This document shows, piece after piece, positions 18,217-26,933 of a stretch of 64,000 nucleotides of DNA (within the stretch, counting starts at the first letter, position 1; each line of letters starts with the position of its first letter). Source of the DNA: Clostridia bacterium (GTDB lineage: Bacteria; Bacillota; Clostridia; Christensenellales; Borkfalkiaceae); assembly GCA_021203845.1 (NCBI GenBank), contig JAJQAK010000185.1, forward strand, positions 1,731 to 65,730. Reading direction: 5' to 3'. The translations under genes and the position numbers were made by a program. The notes under the pieces are model-generated. The model ran no database searches. It worked only from the letters and a program-made list of their open reading frames with translations, and was not told where the DNA came from.

Positions 18217-20277
18217 TTACTTGTCCTCCTTTTTGGTTTTAGATTGAGCCTCGATTTTCCTAATCATTCTTGCTCTCGCATCGTTCGACGACCCATTATC
18301 GTCCCGCTCTGCGAAGTCATAATTTCCGTCCATCTTGAACATCTGTCTCTTTTGATACTCGGTGCCTTTCTTTCTCGTCGCCGTTATGTCTTTTACCGCC
18401 ATGTCGTATGCGGCATTGATATAAGCATCCGACTTGCCGTCAAGCCTCAAGCTGGGTCTTACTTTCTTTATGACCTGTATCTTGGCTTTTCTTATGGGCA
18501 TCGTTTCGAGACCGTCAAGGTGTATCTGTCTGCCGACGACTCCGAGTTTCGCACGCTCTATGGCGGCTTTGTCTATCTCTTTCTGAATGTCCTTGCGACT
18601 TATGGCGGAGTCCATTCTCTTCGACTTTTTGCCGTCATGTCTGTGGTCTTCCTGATATTTCTTATTGCCGCAACAAGCACCCTCGTCTTTCTTGAAGCTC
18701 TCGATTGTAACCTGTCCGTCGTCCGTGTCGTCCTCGTCCTCCTCGAACTCCTCATCGTCCTCGTCCTCCTCGAACTCCTCATCGTCCTCGTCCTCGGTTA
18801 AATCGTCCTCAAGGTCTTCGTCGTCCTCATCTTCTTCAAGGTCTTTGAGCTCGTCGTCCTCGTCGTCGTTCAAATCTTCGTCGTCAAGGTCGTCATCCTC
18901 ATCTTCCTCAAAGTCCTCATCCTCGAAGTCGTCCTCGGTCAATTCGTCGTCGTCCTCATCCTCATTTTCCTCGTCGTCCAAATCCTCATCGTCTTCGTCC
19001 TCCTCGTACTCATCGGAATCCTCCGTGTCGTCCTCGTCCTCGGCAAGTTCGTCCTCGTCCTCGTCTTCGTCCTCCTCGATGTCTTCCTCAAGGAACTCCT
19101 CGTCTTCGTCCTCCTCAACGTCTTCCGTAACGTCAACCTCGGTTTCCTCGTCCTCGTCGCCTTTTTGGTCAGGGAACTGATAGTCAAGCTTCGCAAGCAA
19201 CGTGTCTATTATCGTCTCATAGTTTGCGATTATGGCCTTCAGGTCTTCCCCTCCCTCCTCGGCTTTGGGCTGAGGTTTAGGTTGAGGTTTAGGCTGTGCC
19301 TTGGGTTGCGCCGGAGTCTGTGCGGGAGCTTGAGCCTTGGGTTGCGCCGGAACCTTGGGCTGGGGTGCGACGGGCTTTGCGGGCGGTTGCTGAACGGGTA
19401 CCGCGGGAGCCGCATCCTCGGTCACTTCCTCTGCGACCACGGTCTTCTTTTTCGGTGTAGGTGCCGGTGTTTCCTCTACGTCTTCTACTTCCTTGGGTGC
19501 GACTTTCTTGGGCTGTTTCTTAACAACCTCTTTCTTGCCGGCATCGTCGGGTGTCGTAACGGCGTCTACGGGCTTTGCGACATCTACATCATCGGCATCG
19601 TTTTCCGTGCTCTTGTGCTTTTCGAGATACTCTTTTAAGAGTCTCGCAAGCTCCTGCTCGGAAACAACACCATCATGGTTGACTGTTTTTGTCTTTTTTG
19701 CCATTGTCGTGTTTCGACCTCCTGTTCTGATTGTTAAATCGTTTTTGCTGTCTATGTTGAGTCGTGCGTCATCGCCCGCACGGGCTTCCTGTACGAGAGC
19801 CAAGTGGTTCACCCGTATGTTTCTCTGTATCGCATCGTAGTGCATGCCGTTCCACGTCCCCGGAGTTTCTTCAAGGTCAAGGCTGTAACCTATCGACAGT
19901 TCCCGAAGCCCGCAATCTTTCATCGCATCCGCCTCATGAATGACTATCTCGGCCGTAACCTTGTCGTCCTCAAATTTCTCACCGTCCGTCAAAATCGTGC
20001 CGATATACTCACTGCCCACGTTGTCCTTGTCTATAAGACCCGCGCTGTGGGTTATGATTATCGGCTTGCCTTTATACGACTTGAGGCTTTCTTTATTGAA
20101 AACTTCTTCGGGGAGCCTTAACTCGCTCCGCTCCGTACCGTCACCATTTGCGTATTTGAAAATCCCCGTCCTCGTAAGCACGGGCTTGTCCATCAAATAA
20201 CCCTCCTCGGTGAAGTGCGTCGCGTATACATCCGTCCCGTCCAGTCGGATAACGCCTTTTAATTTAGGGATTTCCAT
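18217..20277 (-). CDS. Scaffold / prohead-maturation-like protein (DUF2213-type N-terminus) with P/A/Q/K repeats and a ~170-aa poly-acidic tract
   Basis: 686-aa ORF. The N-terminus [43 protein letters not shown] fits the DUF2213 pattern. It lies between MuF and the capsid gene. Confidence 0.65.
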   Translation of the reverse strand: MEIPKLKGVIRLDGTDVYATHFTEEGYLMDKPVLTRTGIFKYANGDGTERSELRLPEEVFNKESLKSYKGKPIIITHSAGLIDKDNVGSEYIGTILTDGEKFEDDKVTAEIVIHEADAMKDCGLRELSIGYSLDLEETPGTWNGMHYDAIQRNIRVNHLALVQEARAGDDARLNIDSKNDLTIRTGGRNTTMAKKTKTVNHDGVVSEQELARLLKEYLEKHKSTENDADDVDVAKPVDAVTTPDDAGKKEVVKKQPKKVAPKEVEDVEETPAPTPKKKTVVAEEVTEDAAPAVPVQQPPAKPVAPQPKVPAQPKAQAPAQTPAQPKAQPKPQPKPQPKAEEGGEDLKAIIANYETIIDTLLAKLDYQFPDQKGDEDEETEVDVTEDVEEDEDEEFLEEDIEEDEDEDEDELAEDEDDTEDSDEYEEDEDDEDLDDEENEDEDDDELTEDDFEDEDFEEDEDDDLDDEDLNDDEDDELKDLEEDEDDEDLEDDLTEDEDDEEFEEDEDDEEFEEDEDDTDDGQVTIESFKKDEGACCGNKKYQEDHRHDGKKSKRMDSAISRKDIQKEIDKAAIERAKLGVVGRQIHLDGLETMPIRKAKIQVIKKVRPSLRLDGKSDAYINAAYDMAVKDITATRKKGTEYQKRQMFKMDGNYDFAERDDNGSSNDARARMIRKIEAQSKTKKEDK
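18690..19180 (-). repeat. Low-complexity D/E-coding tract with local tandem repeats
   Basis: On the plus strand this is a (tcc/tcg/tca)n run, including a direct duplication at about 18727-18795 that encodes EEFEEDEDD twice. Its antisense frame gives the poly-Ser ORF in the track. Confidence 0.9.
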
Positions 20278-20366
20278 TATCCTCCTCCTTTGTCGCTCTT
20301 TACCGGGACTCCCCGGTCAGGGCGCACACCCTGACATGAAATTTTCACGTCCCTTTGATTGTATTT

Positions 20367-21302
20367 TCATTTCTGATTCCCCTTATCGTCTTTTATCGGC
20401 AACGTCACGGCGTCCCTCTCGAACACCGGTATCGCGACGCACCTGCAACAGTAATCTTCACCGGGGTGACATCTTCGCCCCTCATATACCTTTCCGCTTT
20501 TCGCCTCGTGCCACATTTCGGGCGGGTCGTCCCAGCTGAATATTTTGCCGTCCAATGCTCTATGCGACGCCCTCACGCGCTCGTCTCTGCAGGTGAGCCA
20601 CTTGTATTTTGTGATTCCCGCGTCCCTTTGATATGCTTGCGTTATCTGTGAGTTGAGTTTCGCTATTTGGTCTCGCGATATGAGCTTCGCTCTCCGCTCG
20701 TCCATGTCAAATTTTGCCTGTATCTGTTTTTGCAGTTCTGTAACTTTAAGTCCCGATGAATATGCATTGTCTATAAGCTCCGACATCTGCGTCGCCATAT
20801 CGTCCGTAAGTCCTTGTATGAGACTCACGTTTTGCTCAACCCACTTTGAAACGTTGTCTTGGAAAAAATCACCCATGTAATAATCGTCGTAAATATTGAC
20901 TTTTAGTGTGTCATTTATGGTTTTCTTCCATTCCGTCAGGGCGGTTTTTTGCGTTTGCTCGCCGACTTTCAAAAGTTGCCCCACGAGAGCGGCGCCCAAA
21001 ATTATCTTGCTTGTGTTCTTGCGAATCACCGACAGTAACGCGCCGAGAAGCGAGGTAAAATTAAAAGCCGCGTCCGTGTGTATCTCATCCTTGTATGCCT
21101 TGAGTATCTGCGGCATAGCTTTCTTGTACTCCGCCCGTATCTTTTTTGTGTATCCCTCTAAAAGCCTCGTATAGGCTCTCTCCGCTTGATATGGGTAAAG
21201 TTGTATATGTGTCGGGACGAGCCGTTTCTTGCGTTTAAACGCGTTCCTCACGGCTCTGTCGGCGTCCTCGGCGATTATCGCCTCATATCTTTCGTTGTCC
21301 AT
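20367..21302 (-). CDS. Minor head protein, Mu F / SPP1 gp7 family
   Basis: 311-aa ORF. The C-terminal signature is ...RVRASHRALDGKIFSWDDPPEMWH...GRRCHPGEDYCCRCV. Confidence 0.8.
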   Translation of the reverse strand: MDNERYEAIIAEDADRAVRNAFKRKKRLVPTHIQLYPYQAERAYTRLLEGYTKKIRAEYKKAMPQILKAYKDEIHTDAAFNFTSLLGALLSVIRKNTSKIILGAALVGQLLKVGEQTQKTALTEWKKTINDTLKVNIYDDYYMGDFFQDNVSKWVEQNVSLIQGLTDDMATQMSELIDNAYSSGLKVTELQKQIQAKFDMDERRAKLISRDQIAKLNSQITQAYQRDAGITKYKWLTCRDERVRASHRALDGKIFSWDDPPEMWHEAKSGKVYEGRRCHPGEDYCCRCVAIPVFERDAVTLPIKDDKGNQK

Positions 21303-21329
21303 ATAAAATAAAAGAGCAATCGCTTGCCC

Positions 21330-21578
21330 TCATGTCGATATTTTGTTTAACGGGATTTCCCTGCATTTCCGGAGCAACCTTCGCCACTCTTTCAGCTCAT
21401 GCCCGACTTCCGATTCTTTCAACCTCGCAATTTCGGTTTTGCAGGTCTTTACGTACTCATCCACTTTCGGTTTGACCTCTTCGGAAATGTTCACATATCG
21501 CTCGCCTTCGCCACTTACAGCCATGTCCAGCCTGCGGGCGATTTCGGTAATGTCCGTTTCTATCTCTTGACGTGTCAT
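21330..21578 (-). CDS. Small protein, W-x-x-L-x-x-C-x-x-x-P family (paralog of 24325 and 24621)
   Basis: The track ORF starts at 21620, but that start lies inside a terminator-like hairpin. The ATG at 21578 (MTRQEIE) follows GGGGCGAG. The C-terminus is KEWRRLLRKCREIPLN. Confidence 0.5.
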   Translation of the reverse strand: MTRQEIETDITEIARRLDMAVSGEGERYVNISEEVKPKVDEYVKTCKTEIARLKESEVGHELKEWRRLLRKCREIPLNKIST

Positions 21579-21595
21579 TTTCTCGCCCCATATGA

Positions 21596-21618
21596 CAAAA
21601 GGGCGATACCTTCGCCCC
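21596..21618 (-). terminator. Leader hairpin GGGCGA-AGGUA-UCGCCC followed by UUUUG, just after the class-2 promoter
   Basis: The minus strand reads GGGGCGAAGGTATCGCCCTTTTGTCAT. A third segment GGGGCGAG (21589-21582) could pair alternatively with UCGCCC. Confidence 0.5.
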
Positions 21619-21642
21619 ATAGAATATAACTTGATTGATTAT

Positions 21643-21671
21643 ACTATACACATCAAATTAGGGTACGTCAA
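21643..21671 (-). promoter_or_regulatory. Class-2 promoter TTGACG-17-TATAGT heading the MuF/head/tail operon
   Basis: The -35 is at 21671-21666 and the -10 at 21648-21643. About 55 nt are nearly identical to the element at 51836-51885 (ATATGTAGT..TTTTATTGACGTACC.TAATTT...TATAGTATAAT). Confidence 0.6.
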
Positions 21672-21735
21672 TAAAAATTTCACTACATATGGTATTGTTT
21701 TTTTAAATATTTAAATTCGGGTATTTTTTAGCCTG

Positions 21736-23355
21736 TCAATCAATAAAATCTTCTATCATGTCGGTGAAGTAGTCCGGCATTTTTTCGCCTTTTACATACA
21801 TACAGAAAACCTCGGCAAAAAATTCACTCGCACTTGTCGAGCCGTAGTCCGAGACTTTCTTTATGTCGCCGGTTTGTTTCGCCTTCGCGTACGCCGCGCC
21901 GACTTTCAATGCTTGCTGATACTGCCTGTGGTCTTCTATATCCTTTTTGTAGGCCGTGTATGTTTCATACATCCGCTGTGTGGTCAAGTCTTCTATGTCG
22001 TCCATGTCTATCTGCTTGCTTGCGAGAAGCTCCGCATATTCTCCCTTGACCTTATCGCGCTCATAACCCCATTCCTCTATCAGACTCTCGCTTGCCCAGC
22101 ATCCGTCTACAAAACTTTTATTCATAAGTCCGTGGCCGAGTTCGTGAACCATAACCCCGGCGGCCGTGTCGTAAACCGTCCATCTTTTATAGCTCTTATG
22201 TTTGGGCTCGTTGAGTCCTATGTCTGTGGAGTATAAGTCTCTTATTCCTAACTCGCCGTCGTCTCTTGTGCCGTATCGCCAGTACGCACGGGCGTTCGCC
22301 AAGTCGTCATTCCACGATTTACTGCCGGTGTCAACTTCTATTTTACTCGGCACGATGCCGTAGTTTTCTCTTATCGTGAGTATGGCGTCGCTCATTTGAT
22401 TGGCCTTGTCGATATTCATTCCCGATACCTTTCCCCACTTCGCGACGTCTATTCCGAGTTCCTTGCTTAAATGGCCCGTAACCTCATCCTCGGTATCGAA
22501 GTGTTTATAGGTCTTGATTCCGGTTTTTCTCTTTTCTCCCCTGTGTTCGGCGAGCTTTTTCTGCCTTTCCGCTCTCGCTTCCCTCATCGGTTTCAGCTGT
22601 TCCAAAAGTTTTTTGTCCTTGCCTCCGGAAAGCGTGTCCATCATGTCATTATAAATCTCGGTGATATATTTCTTAACATCGGCATCTCCCTCATCGGTTA
22701 TACCGTCTATACTGCTTTTTATTTCCGTCAATATACGATTCAAGGCTTTGGTGTAATCCGCCGCCTTCTTACGTTTCCCTTGAGCTTTTAAGTCTATGAT
22801 TCTTTCATTTGCTCTTTTTGCGCTAAAAGCCGACTGTAATCCCTCAATGCAGCTTTGTATGGAATTAAATACGGAGTCCGCCATACCGCCTGTATTCTCT
22901 CTCGCCTTCTTGAGCTCGTCTCTGCCTTTGCTGTAAAGATTGAATATGTGAGCAAAATCCTGCGTGTATGTCTGGTACTTTATTGCGCTCTTTATGCAAC
23001 CCATTATTTCATCAACGCTCTCTCGTCCGGCGTCTATCGCCTTCTGCATCGTCTTATCGAAATCGCCTTTCTTTTTGAGCGTGCCTTTCTTCGGCTCAAA
23101 GCCCTCCATTGACCCGTGTTTCTGAAGATATGAGTATGCCTCTGTAGGAGAAATGCCTTTACCCTTCAATGCCTCCCAAGCCTGTTTGGGTGTCGTTTTT
23201 TCGGGTAAATCAATGCCGTATTTTTGACAAAGACCATACGGAAGTCGTGTGTTTCCGTGTCCCGTTTCCGAGGCCGTCTCGGTTTCGTCCTCATCGGCAT
23301 CCATATGCAAATACATTCGTATCATTCTGTTGCGTTCAAAACTTATGCATCTCAC
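21736..23355 (-). CDS. Module-tagged HExxH zinc metallopeptidase
   Basis: 539-aa ORF. The GTG start overlaps the upstream stop as GTGA. The N-terminus is MIRMYLHMDADEDE...GHGNTRLPYGLCQKYGIDLPEKTTPKQAWEALKGKGI. The C-terminus has VMVHELGHGL (about 22122-22155) and ...SEFFAEVF, a gluzincin-like third ligand. Confidence 0.75.
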   Translation of the reverse strand: MRCISFERNRMIRMYLHMDADEDETETASETGHGNTRLPYGLCQKYGIDLPEKTTPKQAWEALKGKGISPTEAYSYLQKHGSMEGFEPKKGTLKKKGDFDKTMQKAIDAGRESVDEIMGCIKSAIKYQTYTQDFAHIFNLYSKGRDELKKARENTGGMADSVFNSIQSCIEGLQSAFSAKRANERIIDLKAQGKRKKAADYTKALNRILTEIKSSIDGITDEGDADVKKYITEIYNDMMDTLSGGKDKKLLEQLKPMREARAERQKKLAEHRGEKRKTGIKTYKHFDTEDEVTGHLSKELGIDVAKWGKVSGMNIDKANQMSDAILTIRENYGIVPSKIEVDTGSKSWNDDLANARAYWRYGTRDDGELGIRDLYSTDIGLNEPKHKSYKRWTVYDTAAGVMVHELGHGLMNKSFVDGCWASESLIEEWGYERDKVKGEYAELLASKQIDMDDIEDLTTQRMYETYTAYKKDIEDHRQYQQALKVGAAYAKAKQTGDIKKVSDYGSTSASEFFAEVFCMYVKGEKMPDYFTDMIEDFID

Positions 23356-24278
23356 GTTGCGCCTCCTCCCTTTTTAGCGGAAACCAATTTTTGTTTAAGA
23401 CCAGAATGCGTTTTAATATTTGTTCTCCTCGCCCAATCCATAGGAATAATCAGAGGTTCATCGTCGCCACCGTGTGTCGGAAGCTCGATGCCCTTAATTT
23501 CCCATACACCACGCCGTGTGATATTTTTATCAGTGGTGTCAAAAAATGTCCCATCCAACCATTCGGGAGTTGCGACAGAAATGCCTTTCTCCGGTCTGTT
23601 TTCCATGGAATTATAGGAGTTGTGATACGTTCCACCATAAGTGTCGATTGAGGGCTCGCCGATTCTATAATATGTTTTAATTTCGGGTACGTCCCATTTT
23701 GGGTATTCCAGCCCCAAACACATCATCATCTGTGCATCAAATGACAAGTCATTAAGTTTGCCCCCATAAAGTAATTCTTCGTATGTCTTGCCTTCTGCGG
23801 CATATTTCTGTCCACGAGTTACCAAATCTCTTATTTTGTTGAGCGAGTATTGATTATATTTACCAAACTGTTTTTCTCTCGGATTAACATATTTTTTTTT
23901 CTCCACGTCTTTAGATGTGGCTCTTGCCGTATTTATGAAAACGATGTCGTTACTCTTGTCACTATTGTGAGGTTCTTTGTTGTTGTCTTTCGGTGCGACT
24001 GCCTTTTCTTTGGGCTTAAAGTCTTTGACCGAGCCCGTCTCTTTTAGGTGTCTGAACACTTCTTGAGCCTTAATGCCTTTTCCTTCTAAAGCATCCCATG
24101 CATCTTTTGGGGATGCCCCCTCCGGTAAATCTATGCCGTATCTCTTACAGAGCCCGAAAGGTATTCGGGTATTCCCACCATAATTCTTTTTCGGCTCTCT
24201 TTCTTCATCATCTTCGGCATCCAAGTGAAGTATTCTGTTAATCATGCGGACTCGCGCCTTTTCCGTTTCTGTTGACAT
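23352..24278 (-). CDS. Module-tagged protein with unknown ~200-aa cargo
   Basis: 308-aa ORF. The N-terminus is MINRILHLDAEDDEE...GGNTRIPFGLCKRYGIDLPEGASPKDAWDALEGKGI. Confidence 0.7.
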   Translation of the reverse strand: MSTETEKARVRMINRILHLDAEDDEEREPKKNYGGNTRIPFGLCKRYGIDLPEGASPKDAWDALEGKGIKAQEVFRHLKETGSVKDFKPKEKAVAPKDNNKEPHNSDKSNDIVFINTARATSKDVEKKKYVNPREKQFGKYNQYSLNKIRDLVTRGQKYAAEGKTYEELLYGGKLNDLSFDAQMMMCLGLEYPKWDVPEIKTYYRIGEPSIDTYGGTYHNSYNSMENRPEKGISVATPEWLDGTFFDTTDKNITRRGVWEIKGIELPTHGGDDEPLIIPMDWARRTNIKTHSGLKQKLVSAKKGGGAT

Positions 24279-24290
24279 ATTTCACTCCAT

Positions 24291-24315
24291 AGAAAAAGGG
24301 CGATTCTCTCGCCCC
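24291..24315 (-). terminator. Intrinsic terminator GGGCGA-GAGAA-UCGCCC-UUUUUC
   Basis: The stem spans 24314-24309 and 24303-24298, with the U-tract at 24297-24293. It lies between the small paralog pair and the next tagged gene. Confidence 0.6.
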
Positions 24316-24324
24316 ATGTTCGCC

Positions 24325-24609
24325 TCACATTATCGGCATATTTATAGGCACCTCGTCGCAGGCCTTGAGAACTTTCCTCCAGCCCTTCGTCTCGTCCTCG
24401 CCAATGCCCGGCTCTTTCAAATGCTTGTTGCAAATCTTTCTGTACCCACCAAGCCTTTCCTCGGCCCACTTTGACGCCTCACCGTATGTCATTCGGCCCT
24501 CTTTCTTCATTTTGTCGCCGTACATCAATAGGTCGTTCGTGTAACCCATTGACTCGACAACCTTCTTGTCTATTGCCTTTACTTTACCGTATAAAGTTTT
24601 CCATTCCAT
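24325..24609 (-). CDS. Small protein, W-x-x-L-x-x-C-x-x-x-P family
   Basis: 94 aa, MEWKTLYGKV...KGWRKVLKACDEVPINMPIM. It is clearly paralogous to 24621..24908. Confidence 0.7.
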   Translation of the reverse strand: MEWKTLYGKVKAIDKKVVESMGYTNDLLMYGDKMKKEGRMTYGEASKWAEERLGGYRKICNKHLKEPGIGEDETKGWRKVLKACDEVPINMPIM

Positions 24610-24620
24610 GATTTTACCCT

Positions 24621-24908
24621 CTACATCAACGGCATATCAATCGGCACGGCGAGACAGGCATCCAGCGCTTTCTTCCAGCCCTTGTACTCCTCACGGTTTG
24701 TCTCCGCGGTTTCCTTCATGTGTTTGCGACAGACTTTCTCGCATTTCTCCAGCGTCGCCCTGTACTTGTCGCAGGCATCCGGATATGTCTCCGCCCCCTC
24801 TTTTTTCATTTTACCGCCCGACAACATTAACGTGCTTGAATAGTTGAGGGCTTTGTGTACCTTCTCGTCTATCTTCTTCGCTCTGTCGTAAACGTCTTTC
24901 CATTCCAT
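24621..24908 (-). CDS. Small protein, W-x-x-L-x-x-C-x-x-x-P family
   Basis: 95 aa, MEWKDVYDRA...KGWKKALDACLAVPIDMPLM. Its RBS is GGGAGGTAG. Confidence 0.7.
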   Translation of the reverse strand: MEWKDVYDRAKKIDEKVHKALNYSSTLMLSGGKMKKEGAETYPDACDKYRATLEKCEKVCRKHMKETAETNREEYKGWKKALDACLAVPIDMPLM

Positions 24909-24934
24909 ATGACTACCTCCCTGAATTTTCCGCC

Positions 24935-24963
24935 ATTATACCACGCGAACCGTTATTTGTCAA
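24935..24963 (-). promoter_or_regulatory. Consensus promoter TTGACA-17-TGGTATAAT
   Basis: The -35 is at 24963-24958 and the -10 at 24940-24935, with an extended TG. The upstream element is GCGTAAAAGTA. Confidence 0.7.
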
Positions 24964-24982
24964 TACTTTTACGCAAAAATAT

Positions 24983-26632
24983 TCAGTCTAAATATTCTTC
25001 CACCAAGTCAATCATATAGTCGGGAAGTTCCTCACCTAGTGCGTATGCGGTGAAACATTCGGCGAAAAACTCGTGCGTGTTCGTCGCGCTATACTTTGAC
25101 AGATATTTCTCTATATCACCGTTGTTGCTCGCCCTTGAAAAGACTTGATTTGTGTCTATGTACAGCCTGACGGCTTGAGGATGCTCTCTGTATTTTTGAA
25201 ACAGGCTTCCGTAGTCTTTTGCCGTCTTTTCGACCTCATAGTTAAACTCGTCATAACTCATCGTGCCGTCTGCCAAGTCTTTCCCGTGTTCGTCGTAAAC
25301 GGACTTCCTCGCATTGTTGAGCCATTCGTCCATGAGTAGTGTGTCGTGGTAGTCTATTTCGCTTACGACCTTTTTCTCCATTACGCCGTGCCCCATTTCG
25401 TGCGTCACGGAGCCCCTCGGAGAGTAATTGACAACTATTCGTTTAAATCCATATCCGCTGTTTTTGATTTCGTTGTTGCCTTTGTATTCCAAATTCACCA
25501 AATACAGCTTGCTCGCTCCGTACTCCCATGCTGCGCAGGCGCCCTGTAGCGCCTTGTCTTGATACGTGCCCATCGCTATTGTTTGGGGCTTAATATCGTA
25601 ATCGACTTCCAGCGTCTGAAGCGTGCTGTATATCTCGTTCGCCTTGCCTATCGCGTCCGGTGAGGCTTTTCCGAGACCCATGACGTTCGACATATTGCCT
25701 TCCATTCCGAGTGCCTTACCGACGTCCTCCACGCTGTCAAACGTCCTATGTTCCACCAGTTTGGTCTTTCTTTTCTTCCCGCGATTCTTGTCACACTCGG
25801 CGCGGAATTTTTCTCTGCCTTTGACGTAATCCTCTTTTGCGTGTGCGGCTTTTTGTTTCATCATTTCGTCCACGTTGTCGAGGTCGCGTTGCAATTCGTC
25901 CCTTTTGGTTTTGAGCCAGCCGCTTATCTCCGAGTCACATCCGTCCGTCTTGGCAATTTCTGCATCCATCCACTTGAGCTTGTCATTGAGGCTGTCTTTC
26001 CAAAAAGCAACATCGCCTTTTTTGTTTTCTATGCTGTCCTTTATATTCTCAAATGTGTTGAGTCCCGAAAAATACCACGTGAGCGCTCTGACGGTCGCAT
26101 ACGTCGATTTTATTGCTTTCCCTTCATCGCTTCTCTTGTCGTATTTGTTTTCCATGTGGCGCATTACCGCGTCCCACTCCGGGCGGTCATGCACGAAATT
26201 GTCATATGTGCGGTAATCGGCCCCGTTGTCCTCCAGCTCTTTCTTCCATTTGTCGAAGCAGTTCTTGAGTTTGTCGCGGAAACCCGTGAACGTCTTTCTG
26301 TCCTCGCCGGACAGATTGAGCGTGTCTATGTCTATCGCTTTTTTCGCGGGCTTTGAGGTTTTCTTTTTCGGCTCGAAGCCTTTCACCGTGCCGTTCTTCT
26401 CAAGATACTGATACACAGCTTTTGAGTTTATACCCTTCCCCTCCAATGCGTCCCATGCGTCTTTGGGGGATGCACCTTCGGGGAGGTCGATATTGAAACG
26501 CTTGCATAACCCAAACGGTATACGTGTGTTCCCTCCGTGTCCCTTTGGGGATTCCCTGTCCTCGTCCTCATCGGCGTCAAGGCGCAATATGCGTCTTATC
26601 ATATTATCCCTCGCATTTCTTGCTTTCTGCAT
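24983..26632 (-). CDS. Module-tagged HExxH zinc metallopeptidase
   Basis: 549-aa ORF. The N-terminus is MIRRILRLDADEDED...GGNTRIPFGLCKRFNIDLPEGASPKDAWDALEGKGI. It also has SVTHEMGHGV (about 25376-25412) and THEFFAECF. Confidence 0.75.
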   Translation of the reverse strand: MQKARNARDNMIRRILRLDADEDEDRESPKGHGGNTRIPFGLCKRFNIDLPEGASPKDAWDALEGKGINSKAVYQYLEKNGTVKGFEPKKKTSKPAKKAIDIDTLNLSGEDRKTFTGFRDKLKNCFDKWKKELEDNGADYRTYDNFVHDRPEWDAVMRHMENKYDKRSDEGKAIKSTYATVRALTWYFSGLNTFENIKDSIENKKGDVAFWKDSLNDKLKWMDAEIAKTDGCDSEISGWLKTKRDELQRDLDNVDEMMKQKAAHAKEDYVKGREKFRAECDKNRGKKRKTKLVEHRTFDSVEDVGKALGMEGNMSNVMGLGKASPDAIGKANEIYSTLQTLEVDYDIKPQTIAMGTYQDKALQGACAAWEYGASKLYLVNLEYKGNNEIKNSGYGFKRIVVNYSPRGSVTHEMGHGVMEKKVVSEIDYHDTLLMDEWLNNARKSVYDEHGKDLADGTMSYDEFNYEVEKTAKDYGSLFQKYREHPQAVRLYIDTNQVFSRASNNGDIEKYLSKYSATNTHEFFAECFTAYALGEELPDYMIDLVEEYLD

Positions 26633-26656
26633 ATCGCGCCCGTCCTCCTTGATGTT

Positions 26657-26926
26657 CTAATCTACCTTCATCCCATACGCATCCTTAATGAACGCCTTTA
26701 TGCCCGCCATCGTCATCGGATATTTGTTTTCACAATTATGCCCGTTTTCATAGTCCGCTATTGCGGTGCCGACATTTACCACGTTGCCACCATAATGTGT
26801 GGACGAATTGTGACCGTAGTCACTATGTGTGTCCGTCCAAATCTTGCCGGTGTCCTTATTAAGGTACATAATCCCATAGTCCGGTGAATAGGCTCCACCG
26901 CTGTTTGCGGACTTAAATTCGCCCAC
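26657..26926 (-). CDS. Small hypothetical protein, H/G/N/Y-rich
   Basis: 89-aa ORF with a GTG start and a weak RBS. The start is uncertain. Confidence 0.35.
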   Translation of the reverse strand: MGEFKSANSGGAYSPDYGIMYLNKDTGKIWTDTHSDYGHNSSTHYGGNVVNVGTAIADYENGHNCENKYPMTMAGIKAFIKDAYGMKVD

Positions 26927-26933
26927 CGCTTTT

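Noticed and set aside
18665-19180. 171-aa poly-serine ORF on the plus strand.
   Set aside because: It is simply the antisense reading of the GAN/GAR-rich codons of the acidic tract in the scaffold gene, so it is a compositional artefact.
20295-20335. Two adjacent hairpins (CCGGG-ACTC-CCCGG and GTCAGGG-CGCACA-CCCTGAC) between the MuF gene and the scaffold gene.
   Set aside because: No U-tract follows in the transcribed orientation, so it was not called a terminator. It could be an RNA processing or stability element, but I have no evidence.
23352-23950. The C-terminal cargo of 23352..24278 as a fourth, divergent ART (YYRIG ... SYNS ... DDEPLI).
   Set aside because: The motif spacing and context do not match the three clear ARTs, and the resemblance is within what chance allows. 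It is left as unknown.
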